Shown piece after piece: positions 52,550 to 64,000 of a stretch of 64,000 bases of DNA. Made by a program: the position numbers and the translations under genes. The notes beneath the pieces were generated by a model that made no database searches, had not been told where the DNA came from, and saw only the letters and a list, made by a program, of their open reading frames with translations. The stretch's first letter is position 1; the number at the start of each line of letters is the position of its first letter. Source of the stretch: Octopus sinensis (lineage: Eukaryota); contig NC_043004.1 of the NCBI RefSeq assembly GCF_006345805.1, positions 5,146,001 to 5,210,000 of the forward strand, given 5' to 3'.

Positions 52550-53071
52550 ACTCGCACGCACGCACATAATCTCCTTTCCTCTCACCCTTATTCTTCTAAG
52601 CAAACACACATCTACACACACATAGAAAGGCATGCATGCACGCAGACATAAGATTAATTCGCGGCCAAATTTCAGGGCAGACGTTGAAGAGAAAGGACAA
52701 GCTATTGAAAAGGTCGCGAAAAATAGCGACGAACGGACTTTCACGAAGAAATAAAACTTTGATTGTTTAACCAAACAAACGATCGAATACGAAGTTGGTC
52801 AGATGTGTAACCATATCGTTATTGGCATAATGACGCTCCCAAGAATCAACAAGATGTATGTGTGTATACGTGTGTGAGTGTGTGTGCGTATGTGTATATA
52901 TGTATGTGTGTGTGTGTGTATATGTATGTGTGTGTGTGTGTGGCAAAAACAGACCGATAGAATAAGTACTAGGCTTACAAAGAATAATCCCTAGAGTCGA
53001 TTTGCTCGACTAAAGGCAGTGCTCCAGCATGGCCAAAGTCAAATGACTGTAACAAATAAAAGAATAAAAGA

Positions 53072-53113
<42 letters not shown>

Positions 53114-53115
<2 letters not shown>

Positions 53116-53509
53116 TAGCAGTGTCGCCCGGCGTTGCTCGGGTTTGTAAGGGAAATAACTATATAAGCATTTTTAGAGATGTAAAGTATAATAGCCATCT
53201 CAATATGGCTAACCACAAAGGGGGAGTGTTACTGTAGCTTTTTACATTCTGAGATTTAATAATACATTTTTAGAGAGTTACTTCCCTTATATAAGCCGAG
53301 CGAAAATGCATTAAAAATGCGGAAAAAATTATGGTAATTTTTTTTTAAAATCGTAAACTCATCGTAGACGTGCGCTAATACCCAGAAGGGCTCGATATGA
53401 ATCACGACTATAAGATACCCGCTTTTGGTTACACTGCACCGCAAAATGAGGGAGTAGTTAGGAATCTAAATCGTAGGAGACAGACACACAACTTCACTTT
53501 TATATATAA

Positions 53510-53513
<4 letters not shown>
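53114..53513 (+). mobile_element. Helentron/DINE-1-like non-autonomous element
   Basis: Starts actagcagtgtcgcccggcgttgctcgg, ends cttttatatataaagat; second copy at 57454-57853. Confidence 0.7.
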
Positions 53514-53545
<32 letters not shown>

Positions 53546-53564
53546 TCATACACATATATATACA

Positions 53565-53633
<69 letters not shown>

Positions 53634-53676
53634 CAGTGTATATATATATATATATATATATACATATATATATACA

Positions 53677-53767
<91 letters not shown>

Positions 53768-53790
53768 CACATATATATATATATACAGTG

Positions 53791-53821
<31 letters not shown>

Positions 53822-53889
53822 TGAGGGAATATTATACATAACTTACAGGGAAAAATTCAATTTAGAAATACTAATTCAAATTTCACGAA

Positions 53890-53976
<87 letters not shown>
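53513..53976. repeat. (TA)n arrays
   Basis: Direct reading. Confidence 0.95.
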
Positions 53977-53981
<5 letters not shown>

Positions 53982-54156
53982 GAAAAAACCACCTTTTATC
54001 AATTCAAAATGAACAATTAAATTACACCATCTAGAAAATTACATATAATAGAAATATTAAATATAAAATAATAATATACCGATGATTAAGTAATGTGCAA
54101 AATAATAAATAAATCGTATATATCATGAATTGATAAAAGGTGTTTTTTTTCTAATT
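53977..54156. repeat. Foldback stub (about 30-bp inverted arms) within (TA)n; related copy at about 9645-9830
   Basis: aattagaaaaaaccaccttttatcaattca / tgaattgataaaaggtgttttttttctaatt. Confidence 0.75.
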
Positions 54157-54556
54157 TATATATATATATACAGTCTTTTCTGTTGCTTGACCATTAATAC
54201 CTGCTATATATCTCTCTCTTGCTGCCTTCGAAACACACTGCCACACATACATAGACGCACACACACATACATGAAAGCAATTTCTCACACTCAAACACTC
54301 TAGCACTCATTCTTAAAATAATTCAAATATAAACACCAGTCATACAGAATACATTCACACTCTTTGATTTTCCTGTACCCCCCCTTCTCCTAACCGGATT
54401 CTGACCTTGAACTATCTTAACGGACATTCTCGTCTGCTTCACCCAGCCTGGCGTCAACGCATATAGATAGACAGTTTGTGCCATTTATTCCATGGGCTCC
54501 TCGTGAGCGTTTGTGAAAAGCTTGCTGTGCATTTTGTTGGAGAATTAAGTTCCTGG

Positions 54557-54642
54557 ATTTTCCTGAAGAGAAGGCTGCAAAATGGACTCCTTATTCAATC
54601 CGAATTAGGGACTTTGCAGCCTTTGAAACATATGTAGAAAAT
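54557..54642 (+). ncRNA. Minimal type I hammerhead ribozyme with palindromic stem III
   Basis: attttc-CUGAAGA-gaaggctgcaaa...tttgcagccttt-GAAA-catatg-UA-gaaaat; predicted cleavage after A54636. Confidence 0.8.
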
Positions 54643-54769
54643 AATAAAAAGGAATTTTGTTAAATCTTCGTTTCTTCCTACACTAAATATATATATATAT
54701 ATTTATTACACACATGTGAGTGAGAACACTTTGAGATATTTTTGGTATCTAACATATGTCAGATACTGC

Positions 54770-54875
54770 GAGCGCTGCTTCTGATTGGTCAATCTATGGT
54801 GATGACCCGAGGTCATGGTGACAGCGCTGCTTCTGATTGGTCAATCCATGGTGATGACCCGACGTCACGGTGACG
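54770..54875. repeat. Two tandem copies of an about 44-bp unit containing ctgattgg (CCAAT)
   Basis: agcgctgcttctgattggtcaatc(t/c)atggtgatgacccga occurs twice. Confidence 0.85.
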
Positions 54876-54971
54876 GCACTACTTTTGTCATTCATAAGTT
54901 ACAACTAAACGTGAAGAATTTAGTTATTGGGTTAATAAAATATGGTCGTTTATTCGTGTGTAATAAATAAA

Positions 54972-55070
54972 ATACCAAACTCATTCCCTATGGATACCGT
55001 ATTTATTACAACTCGTTTACAAGCCACTCGTTGTAATAAATACGGTATCCATAGGGAACTCGTTTGGTAT
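54972..55070. repeat. Inverted repeat, about 40-bp arms
   Basis: ttccctatggataccgtatttattacaac / gttgtaataaatacggtatccatagggaa. Confidence 0.85.
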
Positions 55071-55592
55071 TCTCTATATATATTCAGTCAAACTAATGCA
55101 CTTGCTTGTTATTCCTGCACCTGTCTTCGTCTTTTGTTGTTTTCTATAAATATATCCTTTTATATATGTGTGCTGCAAGATTCTTGATGTGAAACCGTGC
55201 GTTGAAACAGATATTGTTGTATTTCGAGATAGTTATATTTTCCCTCTTTTTGCCAAATAAACAGGCGCACTATATAATTCCCTTTTCACTCAATTTTTAC
55301 TGTTCTTATTCTAATTTATGTTTATCGTCCGGAAATCTTTCGTCACACCTCTGTGAACTCTTCAGCGACACTTTCTGTCTTCGTGTGTACTCTTGCTCCG
55401 CTTTTATACATATACACACATACGCGAGTAAATATACGGGTAAAACCCTTGTGGTATGCTATATAAAGCTCGTATAAAGTCTTACTCAAAGAAGGTGCAT
55501 TTCACACCTTGAATTGGTGATAATGATTACACAACATCTCACCAATGAACAAGTGTAAAAATGTGTCGAAACAATTGTAATGTTTATAGATA

Positions 55593-55694
<102 letters not shown>

Positions 55695-56111
55695 TGTATG
55701 TATGTATGTATGTATGTGTGTATGTATATACTTACATATATATGTATATACATATGCATATATGGGTTCAGGACGTCACAGAAGGTAAACAACAGGAAAT
55801 ACGAAATACGAAAATATGGAATACGAACTTTTTTGCGAACAGCGAAAGAAACAATAATATCGATAATGCCCGAAATTGCGTTTGACTCCTCTTGCTGATA
55901 ACTGATGAAGAATTTGTGACCTTGTGTGTTTCCTGTTCGCCTGTGCATTTAGTATGTGTTCGTTTGTTTATTTACAATACGTTTATTTTTAATTATATAT
56001 ATATAGATATGTCATATTTTCCGTTTGTTGTCTTTTTATTTAATCCTGAAGATATTATTTATGTAACGCACGCACTCATTAATCTTTTACCTATATATAT
56101 ATGTGTGTGCG

Positions 56112-56164
<53 letters not shown>

Positions 56165-56340
56165 ATGTGTAGTTCAAATTTACAGAAAACAAACGACGAA
56201 GACAGGTGAAAGAACAACAAGCAGAGTTTGAAGGTTTTTTAGTTATAGAAATCGACCCCAGGACTTACTCTTTGGAACCCTAGCACTTATTCTATCGGTT
56301 TCTTTTTCCAAAACGCTAAGCTACGGGGACGTGTATATAT

Positions 56341-56371
<31 letters not shown>

Positions 56372-57453
56372 GGCGTAGGAGTGACTGTGTGACAAGAAGT
56401 TTGCTACCTGGTCACTAGGTCAAATAGATTTGGACGATGGAAACTGAAAAAAGCCCGTCGTATATACGTGTTCGTGGGCCGGAGGGGGCTAGCTTCGTGC
56501 TTGTCCCAGACAACCGCTTGTTGACTTCCTTTCCATCCCCGCAACTTAGAAGTTCGACGAAATTAACCGATAGAATATGTCGAATGACTGAGACAAGTAA
56601 ATGTTTTTTTTAGATATATCGTAGTAATATCTAATGTAGTTGTGGTTTACGACCAGTCAGGACGTTACCATTGGTTTCACACTTTTTATACTCTTAGCAA
56701 TATAGACGTCTCCCACGGCTAAGAACGTAAAAGGCGCGAAAGCAAAGGTGACTCCCTGACCGGCCATACCAGCCACATAGTTTCGGGTTCATTCACACTG
56801 CGTGGCACCTTAGAACCTAGGGTTGGATTCAAAATTCTACCAGGACACCTGATGAAGCCGAAATTTTGTGGTAGCAACAAACAAGATGAGGACAAATATC
56901 CGTCCAATGTAAATATTGTACAGAATTCCTCATCTCTAAAATATAGAACAATTTATGATTGTTTCAAAAATTCCATGTTGACTTAATCTTGCATCGTGTT
57001 TTTAAACGACTCCACAATTAATGATGTAGTCATATCCGTTGTACAGATACCCCGTTCATAGAAATGATCCCTCGCAACTCTCTACAAAAAATAATATGCT
57101 GAAGTGTTTGTCTATCGCTTAAATATAGGACATTAATCAATGTTTATAGTGGACGGCACAGCGGTCACGTTTATAAACATGATTGAAGATAAGTCAAAAT
57201 GAATTTGTAGAAATAATTGTAAACTATGAAACAAAAATAATAACGCAAACTCCACTTTTCAGTGCTTATTACTTCTGTAACCCCTCAGAGGAAACATGAC
57301 TCCTCCTTCACTCCTCTCCACCCTTCATTTATGGTTTGAGAATAATTCTATAATTGTTGTAAACTGGAATGGAACTTACTCTCTTTCTGCTCACATCCAT
57401 TCACCATTCAATGCTACTTGCTTTGCATCTTTTAGAGAGATAGATTAGATATA

Positions 57454-57853
57454 ACTAGCAGTATCGCCCGGCGTTGCTCGGATTTGTAAGGGAAATAACT
57501 ATATAAGCATTTTTAGAGAGTTATAGCCAAAAAATAGCAAAAAAAATGCATTAAAAATGGAAAAAAAATTATGGTAAATTTTTTTTTAAATCGTTGACTC
57601 ATCGTAGACATTTTTAGAGAGTTACTTCCCTTATATAATATCGAAAAAATGCATTAAAATGGAAAAAAATGATGGTAATTTTTTTTTTAATCGTAGACTC
57701 ATCGTAGACGCGCGCTAATACCCAGAAGGGCTCAATATGAATCACGACTATAAGATACCCGGTTTTGGTTAAACTGCACCGCAAAATGTGGGAGTAGTTA
57801 GGAATCTAAATCGTAGGAGACAGACACACAACCTCTCTTTTATATATAAGGAT
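57454..57853 (+). mobile_element. Helentron/DINE-1-like element, second copy
   Basis: Same termini as 53114-53513. Confidence 0.7.
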
Positions 57854-57889
57854 AAACTCAAAGAGCAACTAGAAAGTGAAAGTAGTTTC

Positions 57890-58310
57890 TAACTTAGGAT
57901 GTCTCATAGATAGTGGTGGCAATGGTGTTGGAGGTGGTAGATGTGGTTATCATGGCAGTGGTGGTGTAGTGGTGACAGTGGATGTGTATGATGGCAGAAA
58001 TTATAGTGTTGGTGTTTTTGTAGAGGTGGTGGTGGTGGTGGCGGCAGTGGATGATGATGATAATGATGATGATAGTAGTAGTAGCATTGATTATGTTAGG
58101 ATGTCTCATGGATGGTAGAGTTGAAGACATTGCAGAGTGTAGTGGTGGTGAAATTGGTGATTTTGAATATGATGCAGGTATTGATCTTGGGGTTGTGGTT
58201 GCAGAAGATGGTTGTGGTGGTGGCATTCGAGGTTGTAGTAATGGTTGCAGTGGTGGTTGTGAAGATGATTCTGATATTGATAGTCTTTGCATTGAGGTGG
58301 TGGCAGAGTC
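57890..58310. repeat. Decayed (GGT)n/(GAT)n low-complexity region
   Basis: Direct reading; accounts for the overlapping ORFs. Confidence 0.85.
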
Positions 58311-59029
58311 AGAGTAAATAATAAGAGCCGAGTTAACACAAGATTCTTAAATTTCAGAGATCATAAGATAGAGAGCAAGAAGTTAAAAGTTCCAATACTG
58401 GCCCAATACCTACACCCCAGATTCTTCAACTATTTTATAAGAAAGGGGTTAATGGCAGGATAGGGATTCAGCTTTAAAATAAATTGTATAACAAAAAATA
58501 CATAAATAAATTACTGCTCCAACGATGTAATTTTAGTATGTGTGTATGTATGTATGTGTGTGCGTGTAAGCAATGCAAACAATGGAAAATAATTTAAACA
58601 CTCATTTTCTGATGTCTAAGGATGGATATTTATGCGTATGAATCTTTTTCTTTTTATTTTCTTTGAAATATAATTCTAGGAACTGAAAAAGCTGTGTACG
58701 ATGCCAAGCGAATTTAGCTATTTACGATGAGCGGATGTTTACGTTACAAACGAATCTGTAGGTCTGTTTACATGTTTACGTTAACTACGTCACAAAATAG
58801 CTGTTTACGTCACAGTAACAATATTTTGAGAGGCAGTAAATAATATGAGGTCGAAAGAAAGAATACCATTGGTTAAAATTCGAATTATTAAACAACGTTA
58901 AACTTAGAAATTACAATTCCGTTTTCATTTTGGGTTACAATTATGTTTTCTTTTGACACATTCTACCAGTATACGAAGTTTCAAATTGTTTAGTTAACTA
59001 AGAAAATCTGGCCTTCAAACTGAAAAGAT

Positions 59030-59190
59030 CCCAGTTACGCACCGGGGTCGATGTAATCGACTTAATCCGTTTGTCTGCCCTTGTTTGTCCCATCTATGTT
59101 TAGCCCCTTGTGGGCAATAAAGAAATAAGAAACGTTAGCACGCCAGGCGAAACGCTTAGCAGTATTTCGTCTGTATTTACGTTCTGCTAT
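59030..59190 (+). mobile_element. SINE family C 3' half abutting the head of another family C copy
   Basis: ...gtcccatctatgtttagccccttgtgggcaataaagaaataa followed by gaaacgttagcacgcc. Confidence 0.8.
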
Positions 59191-60069
59191 GTATTTTATC
59201 GAATTCAGAAGGACGGCCTCCACTGGAAGACCCTCCGAGGGAGCTTCACATTGGACAAGGTCTCTCCACTCGCAAGGTCTCTCTACTCTCAGGGTTTTCA
59301 CTTTGTAAGGTTTCTCCACTGCAAGATCCCAGAACTTTCTAGAATTCGCAACCAAAATTTCCCCTAAATCACACTCTACCGTCTTAAAAAAAGAAAGATA
59401 GATTTAAACAATGTCTTAGATATATTTGAAGCAAAACGGAATCAACACGGCTGGAACGCTGCTGATCATAGATTAGTTTGATCGGAACAGAGCTAGCATA
59501 AAGTAACAATAACAACAATTTATGCGGGGTGGGGTTAAAAGACAAAAAAAAAATCTTACAGACTGCTTATGCCATAAGAATTTAGAAATTTTGAGAGAAC
59601 GTGAGATAATTAATTTTTCATCGGTTGAACTCTATATTGATAAAACTATAAATAATAGCATGTAAATACCACATCATTTCACGTTCTCTAGAAGCTTCTA
59701 AATCCTTACAAGGTAAGTAACATACAATTCTCATTAGTAAGAACAAAACATTTAAAATGAATGGAGAAATTCGAAGAATTACTTTGGTCCATTAGTGGAA
59801 CGTCTGTCGTTTTTACGAGAATATGTAGGTTCACGTCGCCTTCGGCTTTATCTATCCAAAGGCTTTTTTTTTACCCAGTATATACACGCTATTATTAATC
59901 TTAACAGAATATGAATAAATATCAACAAGCCACCCAATCGAAATAATAATAAGCTATAGCTTATATTTGCTTGAAATGATGTCAATACATTATATATACA
60001 CTTGATAACACTGTAGACTGGGGAATGAACATTAGTAAAATAAATACTAACGCTAATAATAATAATTTA

Positions 60070-60240
60070 TATCTTTATTGCCCACAAGAGGCTAAATACA
60101 GACGAGACAAACAAGGACAAAGGGATTAAGTCGATTACATCGATCCCAGTGCGTAATTGGTACTTATTTAATCGACCCAGAAAGGATGAAAGGCAAAGTC
60201 GACCTTGGTGGAATTTGAACTCAGAACGTAGCGGCAGACA
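60070..60240 (-). mobile_element. SINE family C, 5'-truncated
   Basis: Reverse-complement match including the tail. Confidence 0.85.
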
Positions 60241-61199
60241 AAATAATAATAATTATTATTATCATTGCCTTTCCACGGCTGACCAAAGACTGAAACAAGT
60301 GAAAGATAGACGATAAAAGAAACAGCATTCGTGAGTACGTATACATTATTCTTGTCACGCCAGTCTCTTTTCATGTTACATGGAGACAACAAATATCCCC
60401 GCAAATTAGAGATAGTAAAAGTTCCTACTGAGAAAAGCATTTAAATTTTCCTCTTATCCGTGATTACGAATATATTATCTTTGTCACGCTTAAACATTTT
60501 GATGTTACATAGGCACACAGATACAAAATGTGTTGATGTCCACACAGATACAAAATACTTCTGGTAAAATTCCTAGAAGGGCATTTAGACTCTCCTCTTT
60601 TTACAATTAATTATCTGTAATTATAAATACATTGGGTTTTTTCTTTTCACGTTTGCAAATTTTGATATGCACAGACACAACGAATGCCGACTGAAATACA
60701 AAACATAAGATTTTTTAGAAGATAATTTACTCCAGGAATTTTAAACATGGTCTGCGGCAGCAATATACGAAGATGCAATAATTTCGGGAGAATGCCAATG
60801 ATTTCATAGCTCATGCAAACAAAATTGTTTTTAAAATTATTCAAAACTTGCAGCAACCGATTTCGGAATGTAACTGATTACAGAACAAAGCTAAAGCACC
60901 GCATTGAAGGGTCAGAGAACCGAGATAAATTACCCCAAGTGGGGTAAAAATTAAATACTTCGGGGTAATGAGGACTAATTAGACATCCTTGTTACAACAG
61001 AATTTTTTCTCCCGGCAACACTGCATCTGTCCAATGTAAAGGACGTGTAAATAGATTCATATGCAGTAATTTCTCGCCATATCGCGGCTCACCTATTGCG
61101 GTTTATTATTTAAGCTTACATCGATTCCTCCAAGGTGTTGTTTTACATTTATAATAAAATAAATATATACAAATTATAAAAATAATAATAAAAAAACAT

Positions 61200-61600
61200 A
61201 CAGTACAGCACTGTTTCTACTTCGCGGATTTTCACCTATCGTTGGGGGTTTTGGAACGTAACCCCCGCGATCAGTGGCGGACTGGGTATAAAGATATTGG
61301 TTGCCAGGAGACTAAGGGGGCCCACCCGCAACAACAAGGGGGTCCACCCGCACAAGGGGGCCACCCGCAAATACAATGCTATCATTTTTTTTCAACTGTC
61401 TACAAACACAGCCAGGCTGAAATAATTAATGCATTCTTCCAGGAGTGAATAAAAAATTCTCAACCTTGAGGGCTGGGCCCCTTAGATACTAACATGGGCC
61501 CCCATGTATGGATTCTAATGGCGCAGGGGCTCACTTGCCATCGGGCAAGCTGGCAACCTGGCCAGTCCGCCACTACCCGCGATAGTCGAGGGATTACTGT
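61200..61600. mobile_element. Tigger-like MITE hosting a hAT MITE
   Basis: Right end cccgcgatagtcgagggattactg-ta; left end is degenerate. Confidence 0.6.
61272..61575. mobile_element. hAT-type MITE
   Basis: TIR cagtggcggactgg / ccagtccgccacta, 8-bp TSD cccgcgat. Confidence 0.9.
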
Positions 61601-61799
61601 AAATAGATTCAATAAACCTTTTGAATTCAAAGAATCTATGATTCTCTTTTCAAATCAAAGGGGTAACGTTGGCGTAAATCAATATATTTTGGGGTAATTG
61701 GTTAAAAAAAGTTCTCCGACCCCTAGGTTAGTCGAATCGAGCCCAGTGCTTACTTTTTAGTTTGATACTTATTCAATTAGTCTTTCTTTTAATGAACCG

Positions 61800-62340
61800 C
61801 GACTTTACAGGGACGTAAACAAACCAAACCCGGTCGTCAAGCGATGGTGGAAGACAAACACGGAGACGAAGACACACGCGTGCACATATACACGACAGGC
61901 TTCCACATAGATTCTGTCTTCTAAATTCATTTGCAAGGAATCAGTCGGCTCGGGACTATAGTAAAAGGCACATGCCCAAGGTGTCACGCAGTGGGATCGA
62001 ACTCAAAACCACGTGATTGGAAAGCAAGCTTCTTAACTATATAGTCACAACGAATGCCAACACAGATACGAAGCGTAAATGGTGAAATTCTAATTTAGAA
62101 GATAATTCAGATGAGGAATGTCAAACACGATCTGCAGCAGTCGTGTGAAAGAATGCTATAATTACGGAAGAATGTAAATGATTTCATAGTCCGTAGCTGT
62201 GTTGGAAGAAGTTTGCTTCCTAACCATATGGTTCCGGATTCAGTCCCACTGTGTGACACTGGGCTAGTGTCTTCTACTGTAGCCTCGGGTCGATCAAAGT
62301 GGATTTGGTTGACGGAAACTGAAAGAAGCCTGTTATATAT
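61800..62340. mobile_element. Two SINE family A copies (minus 61800-62040, plus 62183-62340)
   Basis: Match to the 5018-5422 copy. Confidence 0.8.
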
Positions 62341-62351
62341 ATATATATATA

Positions 62352-62612
62352 TATATATATTTGAGCAAGACACTTTATTTCACGTTGCTCCAGTTCACTC
62401 AGCTGTAGAAATGAGTTGCTACGTCACAGGTGCCAAGCTGTATCGGCCCTTGCCTTTCCCTTGGACAACATCGGTGACGTGGAGAGGGGAGGCCGGTATG
62501 CATGGGCGACTGCTGGTCTTCCATAAAACAACCTTGCCCAGACTGTGCCTCAGAGGGTAACTCTCTAGGTGCAAACCCATGGTCAGTGTCTGACCGAAGG
62601 GGGTCAAATAAT
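62352..62612 (+). mobile_element. SINE 3' portion (CORE-like start, gaccgaagggggtc end)
   Basis: ttgagcaagacactttatttcacgttgctccag is shared with 9878-10135. Confidence 0.7.
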
Positions 62613-62615
62613 AAG

Positions 62616-62684
<69 letters not shown>

Positions 62685-62688
<4 letters not shown>

Positions 62689-62761
62689 TTTTTCAGAGGT
62701 ACAGCCTCCTAAAAATCTCCTGCGTATTATACTAAAGGGCGGACTATACTCGAGGATTTAC

Positions 62762-62834
<73 letters not shown>

Positions 62835-62971
62835 AAGGTGAAAAGGAACACACGAGTTGATATATATGAAAAAACAAGTAAAAAATAGAAAATGCTAAAA
62901 TAATTTTATAGTGAACATTTCTGAAATGTTCACTATAAAATTATTTTAGCATTTTCTATTTTTACTTGTTT

Positions 62972-63017
<46 letters not shown>

Positions 63018-63156
63018 AAACAAGTAAAAAATAGAAAATGCTAAAATAATTTTATAGTGAACATTTCAGAAATGTTCACTATAAAATTATTTTAGCATTT
63101 TCTATTTTTTACTTGTTTTTTCATATATATCAACTCGTGTGTTCCTTTTCACCCTT

Positions 63157-63203
<47 letters not shown>

Positions 63204-63280
63204 GTAAATCCTCGAGTATAGTCCGCCCTTTAGTATAATACGCAGGAGATTTTTAGGAGGCTGTACCTCTGAAAAACCTA
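62685..63280. repeat. About 600-bp palindrome whose arms each contain an internal perfect hairpin
   Basis: The left arm is the reverse complement of the right arm, including the pogo terminus. Confidence 0.92.
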
Positions 63281-64000
63281 AACCTTGTGTATAAATACGC
63301 ATCCCCTTCTCTAACTATATAGGAGTTCTATATAACGTCCTTGGTTTGTAAAAATGTACACGGTAACGTCCTTTATTGTTATTATATATATATAACATAA
63401 TGCAAACGTAGCTTTTTTGTACATTTTGTTTGCAGAAAATAAAGAAATAACAGTAATAACGTCAGTGAAAAATAAATATTAAGTAAATTGCCTTTACATA
63501 TTTATCACTATCAGTTACAAAAAGTAAAAACATTTATTCAAATCCTTCAAATTCAACGTCACTTTCAGCATCAAATAACTGTTCTACTTGTTCCTCTGTA
63601 AACATGTCAGCATCATTGTAGTGTAATTCTCCGTCATCGTCAGATTCGTAGTCAAAATCAGAAGATTCACTTTCATTCATTTCATCTTTCCATGCAACGT
63701 CATCCTGAGTACCATCCAGTGCAGACGATATACAACATTTGATAAAACTTTTCACAATAATCTGGGGATCAAGTTCATTCCATGCATACACGATCCATTT
63801 GCATATCAAAGTCAGGTCGGTAGCGCGAACCTTTCCACCTTTAGTGAACGACTTTTCTCCACTCGACATCCTTTCAGTCCATAAATCACTTTATGACTTT
63901 ATTGCTTTCAGGCTTAGCTTAAGGTATTTTCGCGCCCGACATCACAAAATGCGTCTGAATAAACATTGCCGGACAGCAAATAGAAATTCGGACATTGCTT
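63202..64000 (-). mobile_element. pogo-like deletion derivative with a transposase C-terminal remnant (runs off the window)
   Basis: TIR ccgtaaatcctcgagtata; SGEKSFTKGG...KWIVYAWNEL...KSFIKCCISSALDGTQDD resembles the pogo DDE_1 C-terminus. Confidence 0.88.

Noticed and set aside
55530-55590. cgaaacaattgta as a hammerhead half
   Set aside because: Palindromic stem III-like part is present but there is no recognisable CUGANGA or stem II.
56849-56875. ctgatgaagccgaaa as a hammerhead
   Set aside because: No stem II or stem III, and it lies inside a SINE-derived segment.
57876-58339. Gly/Pro/His-rich ORFs
   Set aside because: Low-complexity trinucleotide-derived sequence open in several frames.

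Overview
AT-rich, repeat-dominated eukaryotic genomic DNA. The SINE, RTE and Penelope-type repeat families look like those of a coleoid cephalopod (Octopus-like); this is an inference from recall, not a database result. There are no prokaryotic features, and most long ORFs in the track are artefacts of microsatellites. Host content is a spliced minus-strand gene (phase-consistent exons at about 19.4, 17.4, 13.5, 4.8 and 1.3 kb, with a possible COR-like C-terminal region), decayed plus-strand exons at 26-29.5 kb, and a few candidate plus-strand exons and a CpG-rich promoter after 34 kb. The rest is tRNA-derived SINEs, RTE LINEs, mariner/Tc1/pogo/Merlin/hAT remnants, Helentron-type non-autonomous elements, foldback elements and satellites. 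The two most interesting signals are: (1) an intact 1.93 kb retroelement with a perfect 17-bp TSD that encodes only a 493-aa CCHC zinc-knuckle ORF1 and has no reverse transcriptase; its 3' tail resembles both that of an abundant tRNA-SINE and that of a Tx1/L1-like LINE fragment in the same window, suggesting a LINE / ORF1-only / SINE trio; (2) several type I hammerhead ribozyme motifs, one essentially canonical and one present in both orientations inside a foldback, within ORF-less Penelope-like repeats.
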